A stretch of 248,000 nt of DNA from Wallemia ichthyophaga EXF-994 (Eukaryota > Fungi > Basidiomycota). The notes below the pieces were generated by a model. It saw only the letters and a program-made list of their open reading frames with translations, was not told where the DNA came from and did not search any database. Within the stretch, counting starts at the first letter, position 1. Each line of letters starts with the position of its first letter. The stretch is taken from assembly GCF_000400465.1 (NCBI RefSeq), contig NW_008806284.1:20001-268000 (forward strand), read 5' to 3'. This document shows, piece after piece, positions 70,549 through 84,692 of the stretch. Position numbers and translations under genes: made by a program.

Positions 70549-73200
70549 CTAATATAACGACGATGTAATTATTCTATGTATTCTATCCATTATACCACCT
70601 CCTTCCTTTCCAACTACACGCTCATCCACCCCGACTGTCGCGCCACGTCTCGTATGCTGTGAGCATCTCTTGCGTGATGCGCCGACGCACGTTCCAGCAA
70701 GCCTGCACAAAGTGCTCCTTGCGTACATAAGCAGCGTGGAGATCCTGCTGCATTGCGCGCATCGCTGCATCTTGACAGACGCTGACTATCTCAGCACCAC
70801 TGCATCCCTGTGTCTGTATGGGGTGTTAGAATACCCCACTCAACGAGACAACCACCAACCATAACAGCCAACTCGTCAACATTCACACCCTCTTCCACTG
70901 CCATCTTGCTCAGTCGTATACTGAACAGCTCCCTGCGCGCTTCCAGCTCAGGTGGGCCGACGTAGCTGTGATTGTTTTTGTTAGTCTTTTGCTCGCAGAG
71001 GAGGGAGGAGAAAGGTGAGTGGATGCTACTCACATAATACGGTCAAGCCTTCCTGGACGCATGAGGGCGGAATCCTGTCGAGCAAATGAGTGAGTGAGCA
71101 AGTAAACAAACAAGTTGTTTATGCGTGCGCAATGCAATCACTCCGTCAGACTTACGATGACTTGTGGTTTATTCGTAGCAGCTAGAACAGTGACACCATT
71201 GAGTTCCTCTATGCCGTCCATCTGGTCATTGCGCGCGTCAGTCGGGTGTCTAAAGCTGACTACAATGTGCTATAAACCCACCTCATTGAGCATGCTTGCT
71301 ACCATGCCCGACGTTGTAGATGTGTTGTCATCACGCGCAGCTGCAATGCTGTCCATTTCATCCTGTCAGTGAGTGGTTGAGATGTGTAAGAGGTGAGAGA
71401 ATGGAGTTAAAGTGACGCACAAAAAAGATTATTGACGGCGCGGCTGCGCGGGCTTTGGCAAAAATATCACGAATAGCTTTCTCAGACCCGCCAACGAATT
71501 TGTCAAGCAGCTGTGTAGTATTAGCCATACCGACAACACCTCCACACGCATGTCATACTCACCTCTGGTCCCTTAACAGCGAGAAAATTGATTCCGCTTT
71601 CCCCCGCGAGAGCCTTTGCAGCGAGAGTTTTACTACACCCCGGTGGACCGTAGAGCAGCACGCCTCTGGGCGGTGTGAGGCCGAGGCGAGAGAAAGTATT
71701 TGCGTGGCTGAGTGGCCACATGACACTCTGCGTCAGCTGCTTCTTGACCTCTTCCTGTCCTGCTATATCACCGAAGCGAATCTCGGGGATGGTGAGCTGC
71801 ACGGATCGCAGAGCGGACGGGCGGATATGAGGAAGGCTATCGAGGAGATCCGTGTGTGTGAGATACGCCGATTGCTTACCTAAGATAGCACGCTTGATTG
71901 CAGTAGTAGATGCAGCGCGCACGAGAGATGCGAGATCCGCTCCAACAAATCCATGCGTCTTGCTTGCGACCGAGCGCAGATGCGTGTCGGAGGTTTGTGT
72001 GGGCATGTGTGCGAGCAGGTTGTGCAGAATCTCTAATCGCTGCGTCGAGTCAGGGATTCCCACTTCTATCTCCCGGTCGAGTCTACCGGGTCTGCGCAGC
72101 GCATCGTCGAGCGCATTCGGCCTGTTGGTAGTGCCTATCAGGAACACCTTGGCGTGGGCGGCGTCATTGCTTTTATTCATCCCGTCTAGCTCTGTCAGGA
72201 GAGTCGCTACTACCCGCTTCTCCACCTCGCCCGTGCTGCCGTCGCCATCGCGCGATGGACACAGCGTGTCGAGCTCGTCTATCACTACTATCACGCCCGC
72301 CTCATCAAGCGAACGCGCGTGTTGAAATACACGCCGCAAATTGTCCTCTGTCTCGCCGTGGTACGCGGATGACAGCTCAGGCCCGTTGACTAGTAAAATC
72401 GGCAGCTGCAGAAGCGTCGCGGCAGATCGAGCGAGCAGCGTCTTACCGGTTCCTGGAGGGCCGTGGAGGAGGAGACCTTTGGGCGGAGAGATTGCAAATT
72501 GGTTGAAAAGGTCTGGGTGCTTGAGGGGGAGACCTATGAGGTCAGATATCTCGCCAATTTGGCGTGATAGACCGCCTATAACAGGAGGATCCGAGGAAGG
72601 ACGAATCAAAGTTGCTTGTGATGTAACCGCTTCACGTTTGTCGGATTGGGTGGACAAATTGATGGCGGTTGTCGGGGTGACTTGATAGACAGCGTGTGTG
72701 TCATCGAGGGAGAGGTGTTGGAGAGATAGAGAAGGGCTTATATCTTGTATGGTTAGGTGATTGAGCTTGGATTTGAAGTGGAGTGACACCACCAAACCGG
72801 ATTTAACGAATTGGAGCTGAGTAACGTAATCACGCACGAGAGCGCTGAGAAGACGCGTCTGTCTATCGTCGAGAGGGAGATTAGTGAGGATAGAGAGTGA
72901 ATCGATTTCGATGAAATTTAGATGGCTGAGATCGGGGGAGAAGGAGGCATCGACGGTGCCATCTACGCTGCCATTAACACTCCCGGACAACTGGTTAAAC
73001 AGAGGAAAATGAACACCAATTTGATCCGATTCGATAGATGTATTCCCGGGCCAAGCGGTACCTATCACGAAGCGATCACCGGCGGAAACTCGGACAAGTT
73101 GGGAGATGGATAGGCGAGAGTCGCGGAGAATACTATTGTGTAGATAGACACGCTTGAGGTGTTTGGTGGTTGGAGGAGTACCGAGGTTTACAAGGATCAT
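70549..73200 (-). CDS. AFG2: AAA ATPase Afg2/Drg1 (SPATA5)
   Basis: [11 protein letters not shown], second [21 protein letters not shown]. Confidence 0.88.
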
Positions 73201-73403
73201 GGGAGTGGGGGAGAGAGAGTATGGAAATACAGAAATAATAAATAAGGTATAAACATAATAATAGTTATACATATTTATCGATTATGTCACAATTGATTCA
73301 TTTCGTTCGTAGATATCGTCATCGGGTCACGTGAAACCTCGGCGGAACCATAAATTAAGCGATGTATTCCGACTCGACATTCCTTGTAGAAACACAATCA
73401 AAA

Positions 73404-73858
73404 TGAGCCACAATTTGGAAGTGAGTTGGATGTTTGCGGGTGGATACACGCTTACAGGGTTCATAGCACAACAACCACAACATTCTCGCTGAAGCTGACC
73501 AACTCGCAAAGGGAGTGGGTTCCAATGGGTTATGCAGCCACAGCCACCCACTAACACCCTTATAGCCACGCTTTGACAACAATTCACTCACTCAACTTGA
73601 ATCACTCGCTGTATGTTGTAATCAGTCACTCTTCTCACGCTAACAATCAAATTAGAACGAAAGAGCTAATTTAGTGCACATGCACAGGAAGCTTGATGAG
73701 AATACTGAAGAGGATGTCACTAGCGTGGGTTTCCTTGTTTTGCCCTTTCAATCCCACTCAAACTGATCAAACAGGTCCACCTCTACGGTCAACGCGCTCG
73801 TGGTTTATCAATTGGGCACGAATATATCCACCGTCAATCCATCTCAAATGATAACTAA
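73404..73858 (+). CDS. Small five-exon hypothetical protein (about 88 aa)
   Basis: Four GT-AG introns join one open frame: MSHNLE HNNHNILAEADQLAKG PRFDNNSLTQLESLA NERANLVHMHRKL...SNDN*. Confidence 0.5.
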
Positions 73859-74008
73859 CTTTATGTAATCACCACTGTATATTTAACCCAGCGATGAATA
73901 TTTTCACCTTTTATAAGAAAATCTTCATTTAAAGTTGTCAAACATTGTTAAGGTTATCAAAATCTGTCAATATACGCACTACAATAATAACAGTTTATTT
74001 AACCTTGC

Positions 74009-74520
74009 TTAGAACTTTGCGAAAGCCTTAGCAGCAGCCTTGTTCTTGATGACACGGAGGACGTTGAATCTAACAGTCTTTGAGAGTGGACGGCATTGGC
74101 CAACGACGACCGAGTCACCTGCTTCAATACGGAATGCAGGTGATGCGTGCACTGGGAGGTTCTTGTGACGCTTCTCGTATCTGTTGTACTTTGGTACGTA
74201 GTGGAGGTATTCTCTTCTAATGACAATAGTACGTGTCATCTTGGTAGAGACAACCTTTCCAGTCAAGATACGTCCTCTGATTGAAACTTCACCGGTCCAT
74301 GGGCACTTCTTGTCGATGTAAGTTCCAGTGATAGCATCTTGAGGCGTCTTGAAGCCTAAGCCGACGTCCTTGTACCAACGACGGTCCTTGGTAACCTTCT
74401 TGTTACCGCGGGTCTTTGAGTTTTGGAAGATAGGTTGCTGTATCCCATGTCAGCTGCGTTTCCTCATCCCCTATTCCTCTCCTACCTTTGGGAAAGTCTT
74501 GAGATTTTGTGCCTCCATCA
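74009..74520 (-). CDS. RPS11: 40S ribosomal protein S11 (uS17)
   Basis: [35 protein letters not shown]. Confidence 0.97.
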
Positions 74521-74715
74521 CGCCTATCAACTCTTTGCGACTTAGCGACTGCCTGAGAAGAAGAAACGATGGTCAGCACTCAGATTTTACGCTCACAATC
74601 AAAAATTCAATTCGACTTTATTTCTCAATATTTCTTTTTTCTCGTTGCTGCTCGTTACAATTATTCTTTTATTTCTTCTTCTTTCCTCTTTTATTCGCCT
74701 TGATTGCTTGCCTTT

Positions 74716-77170
74716 CTAATCATTCACCCAAACGCTATTCGAGCACGCAACTAAATGATTGAACGCATCATCTCGTCTAGCTACGTTTGTTAGTCTCATC
74801 ACCTTGATTTCTTCCCCTTCTTCCCAGCTCACTTCAAGTCCACTCGACACCTCCACACCCACTCTTAGACTGCTGTGCTTGCTAATCCCAACCAGCGCAT
74901 CCAGCCCTACCACCACATTCGGTCCCTTGAATGGTTTGAATGTTAGCTCACTTGAGCTGAGTACGAGTGTACCTGGTGAGCTCTTTAGTATCCCAAAGTG
75001 ACTCGATTTCAGCGGTAGATAGGCTAAGCGTGAAGGTTCCAATCCAATGCTGCGTTTTGTTGTCATCACAGAGCTATTATCTTCATCGTTTTCATTATCG
75101 TTGCCCGTCAGTAATCGTGTTGTGCGCTCCGAATCACCATCGTTGCGACTAGCCCAGACTTCTCTAGCTTGACGCACAAACACACCTTTGTCGCCATTCA
75201 CGACTTGGCTCAGCATGTCTGTACCACGCTCCGCTGCTTTTCCACCTTGCTTGAGGGACGATGCTAAACGAGACCATTTGCTGCCCTTCTTTGGACTCTT
75301 CACCTGAGCATCTGCGTTTGCATCTGCATCTACATCGCTATCACCATCCCCTGATGCAGCAGTATTGTTCTCTTTGTCGTCGCCTTTGTCACTTTCTTGG
75401 GTGATGCTCAGATCAGCTGTGCTCTTCTTCGCCTTCTCCTTCTCCTTCTCCGCCTTGTCTTTCTTACTGTTGCTCTTGGCGAATGGATCGACGAGAACAG
75501 GTAGAGGCTCATTTCTGCGTACTCGCTCACGCATCACGCTCAATGCATACTGTGCATCTGTTGGCACTTCGGGTATGTTCCACGCCATGCGTCTGTAGCG
75601 AGGGTAGTGAATCGTAATGGGTATACCGACGAGAACGAGCAATCCAAGTCCTGCCAATGCGCCTCTAACCAATGCTGCGTGTGATATAAACTGCAATCCA
75701 ACGATTGCGGGTAATAGAGCTCTCAAGACAAAGTTGCGACTAGCTTTTGGGTTTCTCCAGAGGTATAAACTGTGAGTGACATGTGAGTTTATCTTTCGTC
75801 ACATGCTTCAGATCAACTACACTCACTTTTTCATCTTTTCCACAAAATCGGCTAGGTCTCCAGTCACTAATTGAATTTCACGTCCGTGGGACTGCGTGAT
75901 AGCTTTGTAGGCTTCTTTCATATTTTTCTCGCGCTTGCCTGGAGCGTTTGTACCTTCTGCGCTCAGACCGTACTCTTCCTCGAGTTCGACTATCTCTCGC
76001 GCGCGCTCGTGTTCATCCTTTCGACTGGCCAGCTGGGAGGAGGAGGTTGGGGGAAAGATTCTCCTCGCCACGAGCGCAATCAGCGCACCGCCGAGCGCAA
76101 CATTCAGCAGCATATCGGACATGACGAGGATGAGGTACACAACCAACACTGCAAATGTCACAGCACGGTTCTTCCACATAACTACATCACCAAAGCATTT
76201 CATACCTTCCGCGACAGCGTTACCGGAGAGATTGACATACAGACGCTCGACATTCGACACAAGCTTGGCGTATCTGAACTTTTGGTGTGGGTTCTGATCC
76301 AGCTCGACCGGAAGGTATTGCTCAGCCTTGAAGAGAAACCAGGCTAGGCCGTAGGCGAGGTAGTCTACGCGTTGCTGTGGGTTTTTTTCATCTTCATTTT
76401 CGTCTGCGTCCGTGTCTTGGTTTTGGTCTTGGTCTTTCTCTTTCTCTTTCTGTGTGTCCTCCTTCTCACCCTGCACATCAACCAAGTTGGTGGTGCTGTG
76501 CGAGTAGACATCTGCGCTGGACCACGCACCCTCCTCGTGGTCAGCACCGTCGCGCGTCTCGTGGTTAATATCATCCACAAACCCGTCATTCGCTGCCTTG
76601 TCCTCGTACTGCTTCCTCTCAACTTCCACATCTGCTTCTTCCTTACGCTTTGCTGCTGCTAATGTCCTCTCCTTGAGCAGCTGTGCTTCAGTCTTGTACG
76701 CGTAGTCACTCAACTTGGGTGCGTCCGTGTACGATTTGTACGCCTCGCTCGAGCTGTATGCCGCTGAGACGGAGCTGATATGTCTGCCGAAGAAGGTGAG
76801 GTAGTTAGCGATAAAGTAGTCATCGATGTTTTTATCGGCTGTTTGCGTCATCGAGGGTGATGTTGTGGATGCCGTGGATGTCGCTGGTGCTGGTGCGTTG
76901 GACTGTCTAGCGGCGACATTTTGGTGGAGACGGGGAGCAGATTGCTTAGATGCTACGGAGTGCACGGACTTTCCACCGCTCTCAGCCTTGTCTTGTGATG
77001 ATGATGCCGTTTTCGATGGAGGCGCTACGTACGAGCCTGGGGCTTGGGTGGATGAGCTCATAGAAGCTTCATAATTGCTATCTCCGTCGTATTCCTGCTT
77101 TGAGAGCTGCAAAGCTGTTTGGAGCTGTGGATGGTGAGATTTGGAGATATGGGGAGCCAGCAAAGCATAC
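74716..77170 (-). CDS. Membrane protein with DUF3292-like region and C-terminal GRAM-like domain
   Basis: KLVSNVERLY..., TM pair, C-terminal PGTLVL...F..VARRDDAFNHLV. Confidence 0.55.
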
Positions 77171-77410
77171 ATCGTCGTCTTGCTGTTGTAGAGAGTCTCT
77201 TGAGGGCAATGGAGGCTTATCTGACATGGCAGTTTGTAAGAAACGAATGAAAGAGATGTGCAGATACAGCAGCGATACACGACCCACACAACTCGTTGTT
77301 ACCAAATAAATGATAAAAATGATATATTTTATTATTTATAGAAATCCTCCACAAAACACAAAAAAACCCTTTATCCCCGACAATCACTGCTTGTGCGTTC
77401 TTTGTATCGC

Positions 77411-79603
77411 ATGGAGGTGGAAAGTACGCAAAATAAAAATACAAGCGAATTTTACGCACAGAATGCACAGAAGAAGCCAAGTAGATCTTCGAAGGCTTGC
77501 TTGGAGTGCAGATCAATGAAATCTCGTTGTAACGGTGACGGTGTCCATTCATGCGAGCGGTGCACGAAACGAGGCGTGAATTGCGTCTATGAGCAGACAG
77601 TGAGGAGAAGAGGCAAAGATAAGAGGCCGAGGGTTGTAACAAAGCGTTTGAAATCCGAGTCATGTGATTTTGAACCAATGACCAACAAGCGTTTGAGGCA
77701 CACGCACAGCCATTCATCCGATAGCGTGGATGGCAACACGGCCGACAACGCCGACGTATCCCACAATGCCGATAACTCTTTCCAGCATTTGACTCACTCT
77801 CCTCAACCAATTAGCGGATCAATTGGCGCACCTCCACAACCTCCACCTCCCCCACGTTATAATCACAGTGCTGCACCTGAAGTTATCAATGGAACCTCCT
77901 TTATTCCATCGCAAACACAGATTTCACCTCACTCAGCTCATTCTCCTCTCTCTCCTCACTCTCCCATCCTAATTACTCCGAATATGAACTACCAACGAGA
78001 AAGCTTTTGGGATATCTTGATTACGGATAGGTGCACCACTCACAACCTCAAAGACAGAGCCAAGGCCACAAAACTCATTTCCAGCGACTTGTGGTTCACA
78101 TTTTCACGCTGTGATTTCATAACCACTCTCTTTAATATGCACAAGTTCTTCGATAACCTGAGCTGCTCAAGTAAACGATACAACGCCGAGCCTTCCCTCA
78201 TTCAAGCTCTTCTCGCTATCAGCCATACCTTACAAGGTCAATTCCAACTGGCTTACCTCATGGCTGACCGTGCACACTCCTCACTTCGCACTGCAATGAT
78301 GACTGGCAGGTTCACCGTAGGCATAGCTCAAAGTGCAATCGTGCGTTTACTTATCCCTTTGTCCCCTGTCTCACCTGTCTCATCTTCCCATTAGGTACTC
78401 CAATATTACGAATCATTCCCACTCGGAACTTTCAACATTAAGAGGGTCGCTGCACCCCTATATGCCGCAGACGCTGTCATAAAGAACCTTGCTCTCACCT
78501 GCTTGGACGCAGATAAAGTTTCTCATGTGTTCGATGATGACGCTATACCAATTAGTACCTCAGACCCTCAATTTTCGGGTCAAGATCTAAATTTAGCTCC
78601 AAGCAAGTCACATCATCACCCTTCTTGTCCCTGTGAGTCATGGTCCATACCCGCTCACATGACACGCAAAGAGGAATCTGTCCGCTTCAGGCACATACCC
78701 AAGTTCTCCATCGATGATACTCAAGTTCCTGACTCAGATATTCAACAAGAGGAAATCAGGAGGGTGGTCTGGGGTACTGCCAACAATGGTTGGTATTTAC
78801 AGATGCTCGATCCACATGCAGTTTCTACATTGCATACATCCCAAGCGTCCAACTATGGTGTATTTTATACTGCCGAATCTTTCATTCTCTCAATACCTGA
78901 CGATGGAATGAAGAGTTGGTCGAGGTACACGTTGTGGGCCTTTTTGGATAGATTAAAACTGTTATGCCATGCAGCTACAAGATTATCACGTAGCCTTCCT
79001 CCATTCGAGTTGCACATGCGAGCTAGCAAGATATGCAGTGAGGTTGAAAAGATTGAAAGTGATTTAAATGCACTACACAGTTGTCATAGAGGTGTTCACG
79101 GTTGGCATGTCAGCAATGTTGCATTCATTACTCGACTGATTCTCACTGCTAAAACTCGTCAGTTCACTAATGCTAATGTTACCAATTTGCAGAAAAATGC
79201 TTCTGTTCCATCTGCTTATTACACGCGCCAACGTGCTCGTGAATGGTTGGATGCACATTCGTTGATTTGGGATAATGTCATCAATAAGCATTCAATTAAG
79301 AGACAGCCAATGATCTTCGTTGCTTTGGTTTGCCAAGCTCTCCGCTGTCTAGATTTGTTAGCCCTCGACTCAGCTTTCACAAGGGCAATATATGTTGCAA
79401 GAAGTTTGCTCAAAGGGATTGATGAGATGATATCAATTTACCCCATCAAAGAGTCGGCAGACATTAATAGAATATTGCTCAAAGTTCACATGAATTGTGA
79501 TGAATTGGAGACCCGCACTAACGTAGCGCCATACCATACTGCAGATAACCACGCTGCGGAGCTCTTACTAGAAAATCTCAAGAAGATTAAGAGTGAACCG
79601 TAG
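77411..79603 (+). CDS. Zn(II)2Cys6 transcription factor
   Basis: KACLECRSMKSRCNGDGVHSCERCTKRGVNCVY. Confidence 0.9.
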
Positions 79604-79891
79604 TGATTAGTTAGATATATAACCATCTCACAAAATCTCATTAATTCACGGGCTTTTCTTTTTCAAATTTACGAGACATGAACAAGACAAAAAGGAAAAA
79701 GAAAAAAAAAAAATCAAATTAGCTGCATTTGACACACACGGATTACGGAAGCAGTCAAGTTTCACTAATTCATTCTTCTAGACAAATTGATATCTTTGTA
79801 TGTACTGAATAAACAATATATTAGAATCTTTGATAGTGTGAAAGAAATTTTCCGCGATTGATGCTACAACTGAGTAGAGATGACTAGAGAA

Positions 79892-81480
79892 TCAAGTGGT
79901 GACTTGCATATTCCCGACGCCGTTTGTTACATTTGCAACACTGTCAACGTGTGAGTGCTCGCTGTTGGTGTTATTGGTGTTGCTATTGCTATTGCTGTTG
80001 CTGTTACTATCGCCGGAGTGAAGGTATTGCTGCTGTTGCTGAAATTGACGCTTCTGCTGCCCAGCTCTGACACCACCTCTTCTGACGAAATCACGCATCC
80101 GACGCACCTCCTCCTCGACTCTATCGAGTACTACGCCGCAGAATGCCTCACCATCCCTTAACAAATCGCCATCAGCAGCAGGAGGAGCGGCGAAAGCAGC
80201 TTCTAGAGAACGTGTAGTAGATTCTTGAAGAGATGCGAACAGCTTTGCAGTTGATCTCCGCAAAGCTGATGATGCGGGTGGAGGAAGCATTTCGTTATCG
80301 TAGATATCATCGTCGATCATATTATCATCGTCATCTTCATCATTCTCGTCATCATCGTCACTATCATCCATCGGCTCTGCATCTGAAACCCACACCCACT
80401 TTCCACCCTCGGCCATCACCCACTCACGGTCTTCGTCAACACCGCATTCTGGATCAAATTGCGTTGGTTTCCACGCTTCTTCAACCTCCCACCTTTGCCA
80501 ATCGCTGGGTGGACCAACGTCTGCACCCAATCCGAGAACCTCAACGAGCCCCAAACCATCGCGGTCTTTGCCCCACAGCTTATTGTCGATCTCGAGTCTG
80601 GAGAGGTGAGGGAAGAGGGGTAAAAAGTGCATGAAATAAGCCCTAAATGGCATGGATGTTGTGTCATCAGCGCCGTCTAAAGTGGGCGGAATGCGAGGAT
80701 TTCTACTAGGCGGAAATGATCCATTGAGAATGAGAGTGTGTAAGTTACGCGAAGGATGAATAAGATGAAAGAGACCGTGGGGGGAAGTCCACATGACGTT
80801 GCGCAGTTCAAGAAAGCGGATTTCAGAGAGAGAAGTGTTACGATCAGCGAGGAAAGAGTGATTGCTGGTAGAGTGAGTGTCTGTCAAGTTAACGTTAACC
80901 AAACGCAAGCTTTGTAGCGAGGTGTTTCGTCGTAAAACAAGTGTCAAAGCGTCTGACGATATCGACGGAAGGTTTGAAAGGTTGAGTGATGTGAGGAGAG
81001 TGAGACTGTCGCTCTTAGGCGGCAAGAGGCTACTCAAATTGAATCGCCAGCTGAGTCCGTTTAGTGAGAGGTGTGTTAGCGAATTTGGTAGATTTGCGAA
81101 TAAACTAGGTGGTAGGTACACGCTTGGAAGTGATAGCTGGGATTTAAGTGAGTTTAGACAGCATATGCAGACACTCTACTCACATCTAATCCACGCAGTT
81201 GCTGCGCTGGTCCTATACATCGACTTATGAGACGTCCTAATCGACCATCGGCTTTAGCGCCTACAGGAGCCTCACCACGCCAGTGCGTCGCTTCTGCCCA
81301 ATCACCATCGACTTTAAACCACTTCAAGGCCTGGGCTGGCGTCCAATCTTTCTCCAGGTACTCCCCATACGCAACAACAGCGGCTAAAGTGGGAAGATGG
81401 AGCGCGCTGGGTGCTGGAGTTGTACGATAGAGACTGGTGTACACGGGCGGCGTCTTCTTTGTTGGGGTCTGCGTCGGCAT
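79892..81480 (-). CDS. LRR-containing hypothetical protein
   Basis: LTHLSL, LTSLNLSNL, LQSLRL, LHTLIL repeats; acidic tail. Confidence 0.6.
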
Positions 81481-81658
81481 CGTCTGCCAAAGATTAATTT
81501 TGATCTAAGCTGTTTGGTATCGAAGAGTGGCTGCGTGGATTAATAGAAAGCGAGGCTTATAATTTTATAGGGAACAAATCAATTTTACTAGGAGCTATTG
81601 AAGGAGCTGTGATTGCTAATAACTTGTAGCTTATCAACCACCACCACTAGCACCAGCA

Positions 81659-83559
81659 ATGGGCAGATCAGAGAAATTGTATGTCACACAGAGCGAGTGG
81701 AGTGGAGAGAAGGGCCAGCATCTTAGATCTAAAGGCGCTTTCAATCCAATGCACAACGCAGAAGCAGGATTCAAGCCATTGCCATTCGATTGTTGCGCAT
81801 TGAGTCTAGCGCCTTTTGAAAATCCAGTGATGATCAAGGAAACTGGCACTGTGTTTGACCTTATAAATATCCTACCTTACATTAGAAAATACCACTCAAA
81901 TCCAGCTTCCGGGAATCCAACCACTATTAAAGACCTTATCAAGCTTCATTATCATAAGAATGCAACAGGCGACTATTACGATCCTGTGACCTTCAAAACC
82001 TTTAACCAGCACACTCATATTGTTGCTATTGCCTCCTCTGGAAACGTTTTCTCTTTCGATGCTATCGATAAGCTCAACATTAAGGCTAAATGTAGGTTTT
82101 TGTAATCACACACAACTCTTTCTAACACCGCCGTAGTCTGGGAGGATCTTCTCACTGGCCAGCCATTCACCAAAGCTGATATCGTCACTCTTCAAGACCC
82201 TCGCAATCCACCCAATTTGAACGAGTTGGAATTCATTAAGAACAAGAAAATCGTTTCTGATAAGGAAGCTGATGAAGTACTCAATGACCCACTCGGAACT
82301 ATCAACGTTAATGCAACTGGTGGTGCCAGTGCTCTCCTCAAGAAAATCTCAGATAAGCAAAACGAAGGCAAAGAAACGAGCGACAGTCAGTCAACAGACA
82401 ATAGCCACTTGGTGAAAGCACCCACGCATTTCCCCAAAACTGGTAACCAACCAGCCAGTGGATCACTCACTGGTGTGAAAGCCTACAACGCTGCGAAACA
82501 CAGCACAGGCCGCACAGCTGCCTCCTTCACATCCACCATACTAGATCCACAATCACGCAACGAATCAGCCCTGATAGATGAGGATGAGCTTATGTTCGAA
82601 GAGGTAGAGAAACTAGCTGGTGCACGCGGGAAAGACAAGGCAAAAGGAAAAGCCTACGTACGCATAGTAACAAACCACGGCTCTCTCAATGTAGAGCTAC
82701 ATTGTGAAAAAGCTCCAAAAACTTGCTATAATTGGCTCATGTTAGCACGCGGTCGCAAATACGACGGTGTGTCATTCCACCGCAATATCCCAGGATTCAT
82801 GATTCAGGGTGGAGACCCGTCTGGTACAGGACGCGGTGGGGAGTCTTTCTACGGTAACCCATTCGGCGATGAGTATGACCGTAAAGGTGCCTATAAGCAT
82901 GATGCACGCGGTGTATTTGCAATGGCAAATGCTGGCCCTTCCACAAACACTTCACAATTCTTCATAACATATAGACCTACACCGCATCTCGATGGAAAAC
83001 ACACAGTCTTCGGCCATCTCGTTGGCGGGATGGACACACTGGCCAGTCTCGAATCTATACAGGTCGATAAGGCGACAAGTAGACCTATGCGTACTATTAG
83101 AATGGAGGAAATTCAAATGTGGGTCATAACGTCGATTACTTGGTAGAGATTCTCTTCTCACCTCGCACACATTATAGCTTCTCGGATCCGTTCGAAGAAT
83201 ACAAAGCTAATTTGGCGAACCGTATGAAGAGGGAAAGAGGGGATTACGCAGATGAGGAAAGGAAAGCACGCATGAAAGCGAATAAAGAGAAAAACAGGAC
83301 GACGTGGTGAGTTTAAATGTCTTTCAAAATGCTGATATACTCATCAACCCACAGGTTTGGTACGGATCTTGGTGAAAAGCAAATTAGGTCGCAGCCCGCT
83401 ACCAAGGAAGATGACAACATGAAGGAGCTGCTAGGTGGTACTGGCGGAGGAGGTGTTGGAAAATACCTCTCTCTCAAACGACCCGCTAATCCTGATGCTG
83501 GGGTGCCGCCAAAGAAAAAGAAGGATAGGAGTGGATTCAGTGATTTCAGCTCGTGGTAA
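81659..83559 (+). CDS. U-box cyclophilin PPIL2/Cyp8
   Basis: MGRSEKLYVTQSEW, LPFDCCALSL, FHRNIPGFMIQGGDPSGTG. Confidence 0.93.
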
Positions 83560-83879
83560 TGTCTTGTTTTGTGACTTGAATCACATTTGTACGTATAGTA
83601 TACATATTGAGTGTAATAAAAGTAATTTCAAATATAGATCTTGGTTAATCACTTTCCGCGAAAACGATGTGATGTCAAAATGGAATATGGCGGATAAATT
83701 GATTTCTAAATGCTATTCAGTCTGAGCTTATAGTGGAGCTACACCAACCAATCGCTCTCATGACGCACTGCTGCTCTGTCGACTCAACGAGAAGACAAAT
83801 TTTGTAGCAATCGACCGAGAAGTTAAAGTCATTTATCAATTATGATTATAATTACTACAACACCCGCTATTTATCTCAA

Positions 83880-84480
83880 ACCAATTAAATATCCTGTGTA
83901 TTGAGATTGATAGCGAATTTTGCTAGTGAACGCAGAAAGGCTATATCCTCTACTAGACCAACTTGTTCAACGCGAGGAATGAAATGGTTGGTATTCCTTG
84001 ATGGAGTTGCTTGAGATAGGATAGCTCGTTCACATTCGTTGTAGAGTCATTCCTGAGGCAAAAAAAGCTGCTGAATGGTATATTCGCTGTATCTGCTCTC
84101 TAGCGATCGTACACATTCAATCACCTCAATGAGACAATAAGACAAGATGAGATCACCGTCAGGCTCTCCTTTCAAACTCCATTTCGTAGCTTGGAGGTCC
84201 CTTAATAAGGTCACTTGAAGCCCTTTTTCGATGTGTACAGTCGGAACTGCTGTTAGCGGTATGGTCGTATCTTTATTGTCTTCCTCCTCATTCAGATCGC
84301 CTTGATAACGGTTTTCGACATGAACGCATTATCATCTGCGTCAGTAAACTCTATCTTATATTTGGGCTGCGTTTGGTTTCTTCAATATCTAATAACATTC
84401 TCACAAACACACACTCACTCGTGGTGTCGAAACTGGCATTGTGCTTATTTTGGTATACTGAAAGCTGCTGGTGATTACTT
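83880..84480 (-). pseudogene. Frameshifted BTB-like coding remnant
   Basis: Continuous coding-like text broken by a frameshift near 84300 and a TGA near 84050; family assignment weak. Confidence 0.3.
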
Positions 84481-84692
84481 GCTATGAAATTCCCTCTAGT
84501 CCGACGAAAGTGCACTACAAACATACTACAAACCTCGCTTTAGCTCTAAATTTATCATTTCCAATCAAGAAACCAAGTATATTAAGATTTTGAACACATT
84601 TTCATGGACGAAGGTTGATTACAAAACAATTAAACAATTGAAGTATCTTGGTTGTGAAGAGCTCACAAGCACAAGCACACAAAATCTAGCAC

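Noticed and set aside
73690-73770. TGATGA...CTGA pair suggesting a snoRNA
   Set aside because: It straddles an exon-intron boundary of the five-exon small gene, and I recognised no rRNA-complementary guide.
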